In this document: positions 24,961 through 38,614 of the stretch, piece after piece
How the letters are laid out: the number at the start of each line of letters is the position of its first letter
Numbering within the stretch: position 1 is the first letter of the stretch
Origin: Octopus sinensis
Taxonomy: Eukaryota
Assembly (NCBI RefSeq): GCF_006345805.1
Contig: NC_042997.1
Coordinates: forward strand, 181,164,001-181,228,000
DNA length: 64,000 nt
Reading direction: 5' to 3'
The notes under the pieces: generated by a model
What the model was told of the DNA's origin: nothing
Databases searched by the model: none
What the model saw: only the letters and a program-made list of their open reading frames with translations
Translations under genes and position numbers: made by a program

Positions 24961-26036
24961 ATGAGTTTATTTCGTGACTTAGAAAGTGGAGCCTTGCTTC
25001 AATATCTCATAGTATTTTAACCACCGCGGCAAATATTGGGGAAAATTGCAGACAAGTATAGTTCCTACCAGAACTCGCCAACGAACATGATCTATGCATT
25101 TCACAACGATAGCAACGAATTTTTTTTTTATTTATTCATTTATTGGTAATCTTTAATCTAGAATCGAATGAAGACTACATATTTATATTTCTTCTTTAGT
25201 AAACGTAGGTGCAAAGCCAAACAACTCGTAAAATAAAGTAATTTCAAATGAGAATCGAGCACACGTGTTAGTTGACGCCTTAAGCAATAATCTATGCAGT
25301 TATCCGAAAGTTTGTATCTGGAACAGAATAAGACACTTCAATTTACTTCTTAAATGACACGTGCCATTTAATTTCGTTTCTCTCCGTTCAGAATTCAAAA
25401 CCCAGCGGGAATCGACCTTGGCCTTTTTCCCGCTGGAATCTATAAATTATGCAGCACGTATGTAATGTAATTGATTCAATCGACTACATCTACCTCGTAA
25501 TAAATAATTTTTTGGCCTTGTGTCGATGTAAGAAATCAATAATATTCGAACAGAAAATGTTGTTGTTTGTTATAACCGTTGTAGTATTACATGAAATGAA
25601 ATCACTAATGTTCAGTATTTCCCTGCACTCGTTTACACACTGCTGCGCACAAAACCTTATGCGTACACATACTTACTCATGCTCACTATGCACGCATGTG
25701 TATATATATATACGCATATACAGACACACACATATATATATATACACATATATATATATATATATATTACTTATTACTTATTATATTATATTATATTAAA
25801 CTTTTTAATACTTTTTGATAGTTATTTTTTAAATATTATAATGAAAAAAATATAAATATAAATTAAAATTTTTAAATAAATTTAAATTTTAAATTTTGTA
25901 TTTTATATATTTTGTATTTATATTAATTATATTTATTTTTATGTTTTGGTTTATGTTTTTCACTGTTTGATTTGCCTAACAGTGGTTTATTCTCTAATTT
26001 AATTTATATTTATACATATATAATATATATATATAG

Positions 26037-26069
<33 letters not shown>

Positions 26070-26269
26070 GTGTGTGTGTGTGTGTGTCTGTGTGTGTATA
26101 TGCTCGCATGTCATTATGTAGCTAAGCATGCATGTATGTATGCATGTCAGTATGTATGTATGTGTATAGCTTTTGATTGAGAGAAAATAAACTGCTAGAG
26201 TAATAGTTGTATATCTCTTTCTGTCTGTCTCTTTCTCTGTCTCTTTCTCTCCTTATATATATATATATA

Positions 26270-26310
<41 letters not shown>

Positions 26311-26371
26311 TGTGTGTACTTTAGGGTGAGGGGTTCATTCTGCCAGTGAAACAAGTATTCATTTAGTTCGC

Positions 26372-26681
26372 CTTTCTTTTATTATCAATTAACCAAATAG
26401 TTAATTAGTTAATTAATTAGCAACCAATTATTTAGCTGATTTGTCACCCTGTGACGTTATCAGTGACGTGTCCCCCATGTACTCGCTAGTACGTTCTAAC
26501 ACCTGCGTAACATGAGTTTGAACTTAACATGCCGTTACGTAAGTGTGCATAGTAGTACGAAGTAACTGCACAAGGAATATGTCATGGGTAATTTTACTGG
26601 CTGTAACGAATGGAATTTGGCAAATCAATTAAATAATTGGTTGATTAATTAAGTATTTAGTTAATTGATAATAAAACAAAG
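26372..26681. mobile_element. MITE-like element with ~65-bp AT-rich TIRs
   Basis: ttttattatcaattaac…aaccaattatttagctgatttgtca is inverted relative to tggcaaatcaattaaataattggttg…gttaattgataataaaa. Confidence 0.7.
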
Positions 26682-26699
26682 AGCTTTGTGTTTTATTAG

Positions 26700-28340
26700 T
26701 AGATCACATTTCCCGATGAACAATATCAGTTACAACACACGATTTTAAATGAAGAACCTTGCAAAACATACAAAAACGATATACTTTTACATGCTGAGTG
26801 AGGAAGAAAATATCAGTAGCCATGGCCTTTGCAATCACTCCTGAAGGAAGATTTGAGATTGAAGCTATTGATGTTTCTCTTGATCCTTTGGGAATCACCA
26901 CAATGACGGAAAAGAGATAATCGAGGAGGAAGTTCAATAGCGCCGACATTCGCGGAAGGAAGGAAGGAAGTGATGAAGGACTGGACATAGTGATTGGCGC
27001 ACAGTAGAGAAGGTGATAAGCGCAAGAATGTGTGTGTGTGTGTCTACAATGTGGAGAACCTGAGGAGGTGGAAGGGCATTGAATTGGAGTTTCCAAGTTT
27101 GTGTAGTTGTAGAGTGCAACGCGGGAAACCCATGTAGAAGCTTTATTTTTGCGGTGGTTCTACTCAGAGAGCCATTGTTATGGTGGAGTGGAAGGAAAGA
27201 GAATTCTGTAAGGTTAGTAGAAATTCTTTTGGCAAGAGACCAAAAGGTTTGGCTGCAGTTTGGAAGGCAGGGTAGTTTAAAGACTGTACGATGCACCAAG
27301 TCATCTTTCAGGGATTGGATAATACTCTTGCAAGATACTGCGTTACAGGGAAAGCGCCACAAAATTTTGAGACCTTTGTAGGTTTCACCAACGTTGTAGG
27401 CGTTGCTTTTTGATACAAATAGTGTCAGTACAAACACGATAAAACCACTTGGGAAACATGGGGACTGGATCTTTGTTTTGTGAATTGTATGAAGATGCAT
27501 ACCTAAAAGAATAGTTTCAGTCACTTGCCTAGCTATTTCCCATAAGTCAGGATTGAAACCAATATGCTGTGAGGGTGGTTAGCTTTAAACTGGCGGAGCT
27601 TCGACCCGTCGCTGACGTGAAGTGTTACACGCTGTAAAGCGTAAAAGATGTAGTGTGATATGTGGATGTGTGTGGGTAGCTTTATTGAGACAGCTGTCGA
27701 GTATCGCAATTGGTGTTGAGATAGTTATAGTTTGGTATAGCATGGTCTTGGAGGCGAGAAAAATATCATATGTGTTTGGTGTATCAGAGTGTCGATCTGA
27801 GAAGTATGTAGGGAAAGAGACAACTTGATGAAGAGAGTTGAGGATTGCAAAAATTCGGCCTTTACACTGGCAGCATTGGAGTGGGATGAGTTGTTTATGT
27901 AGAAGTCACGATGATGTCAGGGAAGAGTGAAGAAAGTGGTATGTCATCAATATGATAACAGATATAGTCGAAAAGGGGCTAATGGTTTGATTATTAGGCG
28001 AGCAACAAAACGCACAGATATATTTTGATGTGAGGGAAATTGACTTTAATCAAGAATGACTGGAATTCATTACTGCTGATATGAAGGTGAGAGAAATGAT
28101 TCAGAGTGTGGGTGGAATTTTCGTAATCACTGGCATCAAGTTAGAACACAGAATAAACTCTGGACAGCTGAGATGGTTGGAGATGGAAAATGAAAGGTTT
28201 GTGTCATAGAGGAAAATAGTGTGTGGTCGATGAATCAGTAAGAAATAATGAGTAGGATCTAGAAAGGAAAGAGATACAAAGATATTGAAGAATCGATGAG
28301 GGATTAGCCAGAGGCTTTAATTCCTGTTGTTTGCATTTCG
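26700..28340 (-). pseudogene. CR1/Jockey-group LINE ORF2 remnant (APE endonuclease, linker, RT start)
   Basis: APE-like …II-DFYIN…SDRHSDTPNT-DIF…PI…D…; linker KSIIQSLKDDLV…SQTFWSLAKRISTNLTEFSFLPLHHNNGSL; RT start …VIPKGSR…; stops and frameshifts. Confidence 0.75.
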
Positions 28341-28360
28341 AGAACGAGTAGAGAGACCGC

Positions 28361-28470
28361 TAGGGCATCTAAATTTCATGGCAACCCACAGGGCATCAAA
28401 ATTTCATGGCAACCCACAGGTTATCAAAATTTCATGTCAACCCACAGGGCATCAAAATTTTATGGCAAAG
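28361..28470 (+). repeat. 28-bp minisatellite, ~4 copies
   Basis: cagggcatcaaaatttcatggcaaccca units at 28361, 28389, 28417 and 28445. Confidence 0.9.
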
Positions 28471-29176
28471 GACTGAACCGAATGCTTAAAATATTGGAAA
28501 CCCTATTAAAAGCACTCAAAGGCAAAGTAATGGAGACAAAACAAACAGCAGCTCACTTCCAGAAAGGGGAGAGGGAGACTTTCTACACAATGTATAACAC
28601 GACTACATCATCTTTAAAGAAAAATAACGGGGGAAAATGGGGTTTGAAGGGCTGGTATCTTTCACTTTGTTTTTAACCATAATCAGTCCAAACATTAGCA
28701 CTATCAGAATCAGTATTAGAAGCTTCAGCACCAGAAGCATTAGGTGTCTGTGTGTGTCTGTGTGTTTCAGATTGTTCCTCTTCCAAATTTGGTAATACAA
28801 TGCCCTTACTTCTACTAAGTAACTCCTGTATCAATCCCTTACCAGCTTCCACCTTTTGTAACCTGTCTTCCCCTGTTCTCTGTTCTACTTGAACATTCCC
28901 ATCTTGCCCCAACTTCCCCACACAATAACCATTCCTCAAGTGCTCTGCTTGTTATATTCAGATATGGCCCTGACTAAAGTAGCATTAATTTTCTTAAGTC
29001 GTTCAATTTACTTCAATTGATCAATAGACCAACAGTAATATGCCTATAAAGACTACTGGAAACAGCTGGAAGCCAGATTTGCTCAAATAAAGGAATTATA
29101 TGTAATGTCCATTATTTTTCACTTGTTTATTATATATGTGTGTGTGTGTGTGTGTGTGTTTGTGTGTGTATACACA

Positions 29177-29530
29177 CACTAGCAATGCATCCTGGCGTTG
29201 CCAGGGTTTTATGACCTACAAACACTGTATTTGCTCCTTTCTTATAGGCAGAATCGGCACAGCTGATATATAGTTAATGGAATGCTGAAAGTTATTTTTT
29301 GTTTAATAGTGAAGGGCGAGGGTACAATTTTCAAAGGTTTGCACGAAAGTACTTCCTGTTCATAAGGAGGATCAAAAACTATGTATTGTTTCATCGTATA
29401 AAAGGGTGTTAATACGATTTTGTCTAGAAATTACGCTTTCAAAATTTAAATTTTCCCTTATCCCCACCGAAATTTCTTAATTTGAAACTTTTTTTTGTTG
29501 TTGTTATCTACTTAGATACGAATCTGGGGT
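29177..29530 (+). mobile_element. Non-autonomous Helitron/Helentron-like element 5' part
   Basis: Starts actagcaatgcatcctggcgttgccagggtttt (CTAG start plus cctggc/gccagg hairpin). Confidence 0.5.
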
Positions 29531-29539
29531 AAATATGTA

Positions 29540-29546
29540 TGTGTGT

Positions 29547-29643
<97 letters not shown>

Positions 29644-29655
29644 TGTGTGTATGTG
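29540..29655. repeat. (TG)n microsatellite
   Basis: Direct inspection. Confidence 0.95.
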
Positions 29656-29819
29656 TGTATCCCAGATTCGGAAATGTTACTTCGGACATGCTAGAAAGAA
29701 GAGGCAAAGGAGGCAATTTCTGGAAAAACTTTCTTTTAAGCTTATATCGAAGATCGGGTTTTTAAATACGCTCATCACAAACCCAAATTACCCAATAGAA
29801 AAATATCATTTCAACTGGG

Positions 29820-30285
29820 TTTGAGCTGTAAATTTGCACGTGTACACTGCAAGAATTAACATCATTCGCACAGAGTGTTTTAACTACATACTGGACAACA
29901 ACAAAAAATTGTAAACCACAGCAAAACTTCTAAAACGAAAAGAGAAATTCCAAAAGAAAAAGAAATGCAGATATTCAAAAATTCAACAAGGCGAACATCT
30001 CTTCCTCCTACTATTCCCAAAGACTGGTATATCTACATTTCCATGTGAATATTTTAAATCTCCCTCAAAATAAGTTAGGAAACTTACATACCTACAGATG
30101 TCCAACACACAGACGATCAGCCTTAAAAAAATTTTAATATCTACAACTTCTGTGAATACCTATCCTTTCCTTTCTCCCACAGTATTCGAAAATGCAAGCA
30201 TCCTCCTTTTTATTCTAAGAACACTACAATTTCTCTCTTTGTGGTCATACAAAACACTATATTTAGTAAATCTGAAAACATTACT
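29820..30285 (+). mobile_element. Decayed Penelope-like RT fragment
   Basis: …KFARV…YILDN…EYLSF… resemble PLE RT motifs GTKFAPVYA / YILDN / QYLHF; heavily mutated. Confidence 0.4.
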
Positions 30286-30297
30286 AGCTACATCTAG

Positions 30298-30775
30298 TAA
30301 GTGCAGAGGTACAAAGGATCAACTCTTGGTAGACAGAACTGTACCTAGAGATTGCAAGAGGAGGAAAAGTAACTTAGCCATGTCATGGATCGACTACCGT
30401 AAGGCGTACGATATGATCCCACAAAGGCGGCGAGCTGGCAGAACCGTTAGCACGCCGGGCGAAATGCGTAGCTGTATTTCGTCTGCCGTTACGTTCTGAG
30501 TTCAAATTCCGCCGAGGTCGACTTTGCCTTTCATCCTTTCGGGGTCGATAAATTAAGTACCAGTTACGCACTGGGGTCGATGTAATCGACTTAATCCGTT
30601 TGTCTGTCCTTGTTTGTCTCCTCTGTGTGTAGCCCCTTGAGGGTAATAAAGAAACGGATATGATCCCACATTCTTGGATTATGGAATGTATGAATCTATT
30701 TGGTATTGCATCGAAAGTTGAGCGATTGCTTGGAAAAAAGTATGGCGAATTGGAGGACGTACATGACAGCATACG
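30298..30775 (+). pseudogene. R4/Dong-like LINE RT fragment split by a SINE
   Basis: [13 protein letters not shown]…[18 protein letters not shown]|SWIMECMNLFGIASKVERLL once the SINE is removed. Confidence 0.88.
30424..30656 (+). mobile_element. SINE family B, full length
   Basis: 14-bp TSD gatatgatcccaca at 30410-30423 and 30657-30670. Confidence 0.95.
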
Positions 30776-31639
30776 GATCGACGGTATTTGAACTCAAGAA
30801 TCAATACAAATAATATCACATAACCCAACATAATTATTAAACAAACAGCATGAAGCGTTCTCCTCTCGTGTTCATGAATTCTTTAAGACCTTTCGATTTA
30901 ACCACGTATCTTAAAGCAGCCATGCGAATCTACCTATGTAATTCCGTTACACATTACTTTCACTTAAACATATCGCGATATGGCATAAGCTTATTTGAAT
31001 TAGTATATTCCACTTACCATATTTCATTTCATTCTTCTGTCTTAATTCGTAATACAACACTTATTTCATAAAGCCGCCACTTATACTTTCACTCTTCACC
31101 TAGCTTATAATTTATAAGTTACCTATATAGATTAAACGCTACTTAAATTGAATTAATGTATTTACTTTATTTAATCTATTTATCTACTTTACCTTACTTT
31201 ATCTTATATTACTTTAGATTGTTTTATTTTATTTTATCTTAAGTTGTTATACTTCATTTTATACAACTCTAGTTATAATAATATTTCATTCACTCCCAAT
31301 GAACTTACACTCTCAATACCATTTAAATTATACCTCACACTATTATAACCCCCGGAAGTTAACTCCTTTACCCTGTAGCCTTCCTCCTAATACTTAGTAT
31401 AATTCCTTCTTCACCACACGCCGTGATGGAATTATTATGTGAAACTGTTATTGTCTGAAGACTTTATCTTCTTACCAATTCTCAAATGTTCCCTCTCTCC
31501 TTTGATTATCTGATAATTCTAAGCCACACTGGATATCGACAGTACAACTGGGTTCTTGCCATTATACATATGCTCTTCCGCATGGCTTAAAACTGAACCT
31601 CCCCTTCACTACTTCTTTCAGTATTTCCTATTCCTCTTT

Positions 31640-31648
31640 GAGCTTATG

Positions 31649-31680
<32 letters not shown>

Positions 31681-31711
31681 TGTATGTATGTATGTATGTA
31701 TGTATGTATGA

Positions 31712-31756
<45 letters not shown>

Positions 31757-31900
31757 CATACATACATATACATATATGTGTGTATGTATATGTGTGTATA
31801 TGTATGTATATATACACATGTGTGCGTGTGTGTGTGTGGATATATGTGTATACATATATGTATATAAATGTGTGTGTGTATGTATGTGTGTTTATATATA
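31640..31900. repeat. (TATG)n/(TA)n/(TG)n compound microsatellite
   Basis: Direct inspection. Confidence 0.9.
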
Positions 31901-31909
31901 TAAACATCC

Positions 31910-32200
31910 ACCCTCGTTCGTCTGGCCGAACTTGTTCTATCACTCAACTGCTTCTTGTTCGCGGGTGATTTTACCAACAAGTTCTCGGGAGTGGCCATGG
32001 GAAAGAGAATGGTCCCCAACTATGCGAACCTGTTCCTTGGCTACGTTGAGGCCCAAATATTCTCAAGTTTCATTGGTCCCACTCCCGAACTATACGACCG
32101 TTATATTTATGACTGTATCGGTGCGACCTCACTATCTCACGAACATCTAAACTCCTTCCTCTCTTTTGTCAAATCTTTCCATCCAAGTGTTAAGCTAATA
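31910..32200 (+). pseudogene. Penelope-like reverse transcriptase core fragment
   Basis: TLVRLAELVLSLNCF…GVAMGKRMVPNYANLFLGYVE…RYIYDCIG…FHPSVKL: PLE RT motifs, with catalytic YIDD mutated to YIYD. Confidence 0.9.
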
Positions 32201-32256
32201 CATTTGTTTGTTCACCTATCTTCGACTTTTGGGGTTTCTTTGTGATTCCTCCTTAC

Positions 32257-32305
<49 letters not shown>

Positions 32306-32311
<6 letters not shown>

Positions 32312-32493
32312 TAGTAAAAAGTGAAAAAACTACAGAAGGCTTGTTTTAAAAGGTTAAAAAAATATATATATATATATATTTGAGTCAATATGTCTGAAGA
32401 ATGTTATAATTTTTTTTCATATTGACTCAAATATATATTTTTTAACCTTTTAAAACAAGCCTTCTGTAGTTTTTTCACTTTTTACTATTTTCT
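32306..32493. repeat. Foldback inverted repeat of PLE-type terminus
   Basis: Arms 32306-32392 and 32418-32493; the spacer begins tCTGAAGA. Confidence 0.9.
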
Positions 32494-32534
32494 ATATATT
32501 CAACCACGTGCTTTCACATACCAACTTTCTTACC

Positions 32535-32586
<52 letters not shown>

Positions 32587-32817
32587 TTACTATGTATGCC
32601 TTAACTCTACTTCTTACTGTCTATCTACTATCATGCACTCATGGCTCTATCTTTCTTTTGCACTGTCCTTATACTCATAATCTATCTAGCAATCTATCTA
32701 TCTAGCTGCCTGTCTCTTCGGCTATTATACTGAAAACTACAGATATCCTTTATGAAAGATATTCCTTAAATCTTCCTCTCTAAGGATGGAATAGTTGGCT
32801 TTTATATGAAAATATTT

Positions 32818-32871
32818 CCTCAATGAAATATGCATCATATGAACAGCTCTTCCTGAAACAGCTGTAAGAGG
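32818..32871 (+). ncRNA. Degenerate hammerhead motif
   Basis: cct-CAATGA…GAAAcagctgTA-agagg; same GAAACAGCTGTA helix III as 57180-57227, but the core is mutated. Confidence 0.4.
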
Positions 32872-33149
32872 CTTTAAGCACAACCTCTTTATCTCTTATT
32901 CTAATAACTCTGTAATTATGTTTGAATAATACCTTACATGCGCTAAAGTGATACCACATGTTTTGCCTGTTCATTCTTTCTTTCTTTCTAATATATATCT
33001 ATAAACCACATACAGCCATCATTGTAGGCAGCTACAACAACGCTTTTGTTTCAGTCGCAGTTCATGTCGGAATTTTGGTGGTAAACAAGCCTGAGCAAAA
33101 TTGTATATACTTATTACATTACGTCATTAGTCGCAATTTTATCTGCATG

Positions 33150-33190
<41 letters not shown>

Positions 33191-33475
33191 TATATATACT
33201 TCCATACACGCATACACACATACATATATATACACATACACATATGTATATGCATATATATGTATATATATATATACATATATGTGCATATATATATGTA
33301 TATATATATACATATATATACATAATATATACATATATATACATATATATGTATATATATATATTACATATAATACATATATATACATATATGTATATAT
33401 ATATATATACATATATATACATATATATACATATATATAATATATATACATACATAAATACATATGCGCATACAT
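33150..33475. repeat. TA/CA low-complexity tract
   Basis: Direct inspection. Confidence 0.9.
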
Positions 33476-34156
33476 AACTGACGGAACAATAAATACCCAT
33501 GTGTTATAGGTGTGAAAGAAAACGGAAGATAATATTATAAGCAGCGAATGTTAAATATATATATATACATACATACATACATACATACACACACAAGCAA
33601 TACCATTTTAATACGAATAATATTCATATAAAAAAAATTAAAAGCTACAGACAAATAGATACCATCTCAAGATGAATTGCTCCTACGAATTTCCTATCAT
33701 GGAAACATGATGCTTCATTTCTTGGAGTAAACATTGAAGAATTAGAGATTATGCCTGCAAACTTGTTAAAGTAAAGATTTATTTTTAGTCTATTTCTCTT
33801 TGTGTTGTCAACGGAACTACCAACTGGTCTGGAAAATATTAGTGTATAAATATTATAAAAATTAATGATTAAAACTTGCATTATCTATTTAATTAATTCA
33901 TGATAATGATAGACAGAAGAATTTAGTAGCAAAATTAATTCGAAAATTTATGGCAATATTCAAGTCTAAAGAATGAAAGGAAGAAATAACAAAATAGTAG
34001 ATAGCAAATGTGTGTATACACCTGTGTATGTGGTAGCTGCATATGCATCATGTATATATATATATATTTGCGTGTGTGTTTCCATATATGCAGTTGCATA
34101 TACATATACATATGTATGTATATATGTGTATCTATATATATGTATGTATGTATATA

Positions 34157-34215
<59 letters not shown>

Positions 34216-34221
34216 TATATA

Positions 34222-34378
34222 TATGCCTACCCCCAAAAAGTCCCCCACCAACACCCCTTTAAACCTGCCTAAATGTATAAATGCCAATACAATTCTTGTT
34301 AACTAGCTTCCTGAAGATTTCTCTTGAATGAAACAGTTCTAGTCCTGTAGAAGCTCCTTCTATATAATAAATTAAAAG

Positions 34379-34380
<2 letters not shown>
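34222..34380 (+). mobile_element. PLE-terminus-like repeat (copy 1; copy 2 at ~51180-51475)
   Basis: Near-identical to 51316-51475; embedded in (TA)n. Confidence 0.85.
34305..34355 (+). ncRNA. Type I hammerhead ribozyme, intact core
   Basis: agcttc-CTGAAGA-tttc tctt gaat-GAAA-cag ttctagtc ctg-TA-gaagct. 6-bp helix I and 4-bp helix III; cleavage after 34349. Confidence 0.8.
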
Positions 34381-34435
<55 letters not shown>

Positions 34436-35119
34436 ACATACATGTATATATATAATATACGTATGTATATATATATATATATATATACATACATATCAGA
34501 TTATACATGGATACATATTTACATATATTATCTGATTTAAGCATAAGTCGATATGCAGTAAGTGATAGCAAAAATGTAATGGGAAACGTTTTAGCAAATT
34601 CTGTAATTTTTATTAATTACAATAATTATAGCACATAAAATATACTAGATACCAATCAAATGTTCAATATATGCTTATTCGTACTACCAAACTAGCTTTA
34701 CAAACTTTTGGAAGGAAATGATACGCTTCGAGAGATGATTCGACAGGCAAAATGCTGCTAACAATAGCTTGCTCACAACAGGAAAGACATAGAAGTAAAT
34801 ATCACCAAAACAGTTTTATATTACACTATTTTACACCATATTACGTTATCATGCACTACAAAGAACGAGGGAACCTGTACATAGCTTAACCACCCGACTT
34901 AGTTTCACAACGAGGCTTGATTGCTTTCATAAACATATCCATGTAATGGCGTATACGTATGTAAGGTATGTGTGTGAGTGTAGACAGTAACAACAACAAT
35001 GATATATATGGGTGCAGTTTATAAACATTTATATCGGTACCGCTCGATGCAACTCCAAAAGACTGGTACACCAGTCAGCATCATTAGATTGTGGCCGGCA
35101 TAATGGAATAAGAGTTTTA

Positions 35120-35672
35120 TTTGCATATTCAAAGCGTTTCCTGAACACAAATTTATATACAAACATACACATACACCCACACACACACATATATACATAT
35201 ATATATAGAGAGAGAGGGAGAGAGAGAGAGATACATATATATTATATATTATATTATATGTTATATACTGTATATATGATATATATATACAGGTTTATGC
35301 ATATGTATGTATGGTTACATATAGAAGTGTATATATAAATACACATACATATTTATACACCGAGTGAACGAACGAGAAGGGGAGTATTGGAAACTCATAG
35401 AGCGGGCGCTTGGCAGATATGTGGTAGACAGATAGATAAGTAGACTGATATCGAAAATTCACTATGTCTTCAAAAACTAAAAGAGGACTTATATTTTCTT
35501 ACCGAAAACGACAACACACTGATAAATCTTTTCTTTTATATTATTATAAGAAATTCTCTCTTACACAAAATATCCACAAAAACTAATGCAGTCAACTGTT
35601 ATAAAACTCGACTTGATTCAAAAGAACATTGCTGCGAAGTGAAGAATATTCTTCATTTTATTTTTAACAAAT
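35120..35672 (+). repeat. Local segmental duplication, copy 1 (copy 2 at 39595-40104; partial copy at 36655-36760)
   Basis: Colinear diverged homology, including non-repetitive sequence (ctgatatcgaaaattcactatgtct…ctcgacttgattcaaaagaacattgct). Confidence 0.85.
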
Positions 35673-36854
35673 ATGAACACCATATTGCATAAAGAAGTTA
35701 CCAGCTGAGAAAATTCTTACAAATGAACAGCTGTAACTAATGCTAACATCATAATTTCCCGACACGAAATGAAAACTCACCTGCATATTGAGTAACATAA
35801 ATGCATCTATGTATCACATGAGTATCAGCAGCGTGCGTGAGTCTTTTCAAATGCATATGAAAAATCTCAGATATTCTTATTTATATAACCTCAGATATTT
35901 TCATTTATAGAGTGTTATTTATATAATCGCAAATATCATTATTTAAAATAGGGCTGTGGCATTATTAAACATGTATATTCAACCACTATTAAATCATATC
36001 AAGCCAAAATGGAGGTGTGTATGCGATATTATCGACACTTGTACTCGGCACAGGCAAAGGTGAGTGATTAATATCTTCACTGTGCAAACATGTAGTTTCG
36101 TGGTCAATCACATTTTACTATACTTCCAGTCCTTCAGTGTAACCAAATGATATCCATACATAATATATATTCCACTGTAACTTTTAGTGGACATACGGTG
36201 AAATGGAAACTGCGCAAAAGCTATCTTATTTATAAATGGTTTTAGTGATACAAATATTTCTCTATTTATTAACAATGAATCTTCCAAAGTAACTCAAAGG
36301 ATCAGTTTCGTGCGAAAGAATTTATGAAACTTGTTGTACGAAAATTTGCGTCATTAAGTCAATTATATCACTTCACAGTTAATAGGTAAATATATATAAT
36401 AATGTCTGGATATTTATCATATAAATGTTAGAAAATTTCCAATAATGCAGGTAAAAATATGAAAGATATGTAAGGTGATGTTAGTAATAGAAAACAAGTA
36501 AAAACGGTATTGCTTATCATATATAGATTTTTTAATGATCCTATAAAATTTCGGGATTGATTCCCCTTTTCAAATAGGGGAGAGAAATAATGAAAGATCT
36601 TCACTCGCAAGGCTATAGTTGAAAAAGCTTTCTCAAGGTGTTTCGTACTGGGGCTGGAGATGCAAAAAGCGAGAGATTGGCAGACAGGTAGACAGTCAGG
36701 TAAGTAAATTGATATCGAAAATTCACAATGTATTCAAAAGCTAAAAGAGGATCTATATATGTATGTATATATAAATATATATATATGATAGATCGTTAGC
36801 CACTACACACATTTTTCTCTCCTTGTTTCTCTCCTTGTTTTTTTTTCTGTGTCT

Positions 36855-36890
36855 CTTTCTGTAGAAGAGCGTAGACTCGAAACGTAAAAG
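36855..36890 (+). ncRNA. Minimal hammerhead-like motif, non-canonical core
   Basis: cttt-CTGTAGA-a-gagc gtag actc-GAAA-cg-TA-aaag. Confidence 0.5.
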
Positions 36891-36977
36891 ACTTTTTCTA
36901 TTCCTGAGCGTTATACTAATACATCTGTTTGTTTTGTACACTGCCTATCTTCGTCTTTTGTTTTTTTCGTAAACTCT

Positions 36978-37019
<42 letters not shown>

Positions 37020-38019
37020 GCGTATGTATATATGTATCTATGCATACATGTATATGTGTGTGTGTATGTGTGTGTATGTGTGTGTATCTATGTATGACTG
37101 GAAAAGACAACCGAAAAACCGATGGCACTTTCGATTAACCTGCATGGCACTTGTTCACCCAGAGTCTCTCCGGTCTCTCTATTCATTCTCTCCGTCAGAA
37201 ACCATAATATGATGAAAACCTGTAACAAAGAACGGCGCCCTTGTTAAGATATAACTCATGGTGGAATTTCAAATGAAAATGTAAAAGTCACAAAATATTT
37301 TAATCGGCATTATTCACAGATGTATATTACATATATTTGTGAACACTGAAATAATATATATATATAAAGGAATTATGATATAATTTATATAGCACAGAAG
37401 TCATCAAAAATACATTACGGTCTCTGAAACCATTAAGATACAACAAAATTGTAAGAAGCAAACATCAAAATAATAAAACAAACGGAATTCAACTTAGAAA
37501 GAGTGAGAAATGCGAATAACAAAATCGGTGAAAAATGCAATTAAAGACCTAATAGTTCTGTCATTTCCATTGACATTTTCTGGGAAATGGTCATAAATCA
37601 CGGTTTGTGAAAGTGACGCTACTAGAGTAACACAATATAAGATAACTTTTCTGCTGCTGCTGTTTTGCTGTTGATGATGGTAGTATACAATTCTTTTGTA
37701 CATGTTTCTTCTTTCTCAGAGTTATTTATGCAAGACTACCTCATCAAATGATAGCTTCATATTCTAAGGTGCTAATGTGTGATTTGGGAAAGATATGTCA
37801 ACTATTTCTAGCAGCTCGAGTGACCCTTGATCTGTTTGGTATCCGATAATATTAAATGACATCTGCTTACGCAGACATAGATCTCCAGTATCTTATTTCA
37901 CACGGAATGCTTCTGAAATCTCTAGTTCCCACAATAGTAGTTCAAAAGTATTTAGAAAACAAATCTGAAGGACCGAACGCATGATACTATATGAATGCAT
38001 TTGGTGGTCAGTCCCTCTA

Positions 38020-38580
38020 AATACTACCTGATATCATTGTACACTGCGACGATCCAGTCCCTAAAGATGGGAGTGAAAAGGACTGCCGTGATGATCGGCC
38101 ACATCGAAATATTTCTATTCATCAAATTGATCAGATCCCTACCCATGCCTCTGTATGATGTATAGATTGAAGTGGAAGCTGTTGTGGATAGATCTGTTCG
38201 AGATGGCGCATGTTTGTTCATCGTTATTCGGGCTATCGAAGACAAGCGACAATCACCTAACTTAACACCTTAACCAAATATCTTTGATTTACGTTTGCAA
38301 AGTTACGGGCCCAAATTTATCAATGTAGTCTCCCATGTTCAGGTTCTGTTCAAGACTGGACAGCCAGAGACAATATATACAGAACATGCTCAGAAAACTG
38401 TTCTCTTTGTGACTACGAGGATTTTGAGACTGGTACTTGGCTGTTATGTATCGTGGAAAGAGACCCTGGGAGATCCTTATCAATGACAACAGATTGTTGG
38501 CCCTCTTCCACGTGAGCTTTTCCAGAAGATATACCTGACAACATTATCATGTCGTCTTGCTGGAGCAAGTGAAATCAAGA
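38020..38580 (-). mobile_element. R4/Dong-like LINE CCHC-region remnants
   Basis: …LAPARRHDNVVRYIFWK… and …IVSGCPVL…LCKR… (cf. HIVSGCPxLA…RHDxV..IHW.LC). Confidence 0.6.
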
Positions 38581-38614
38581 GCTCTGAGTAGTGAAATTCA
38601 AATAATGATAATAA

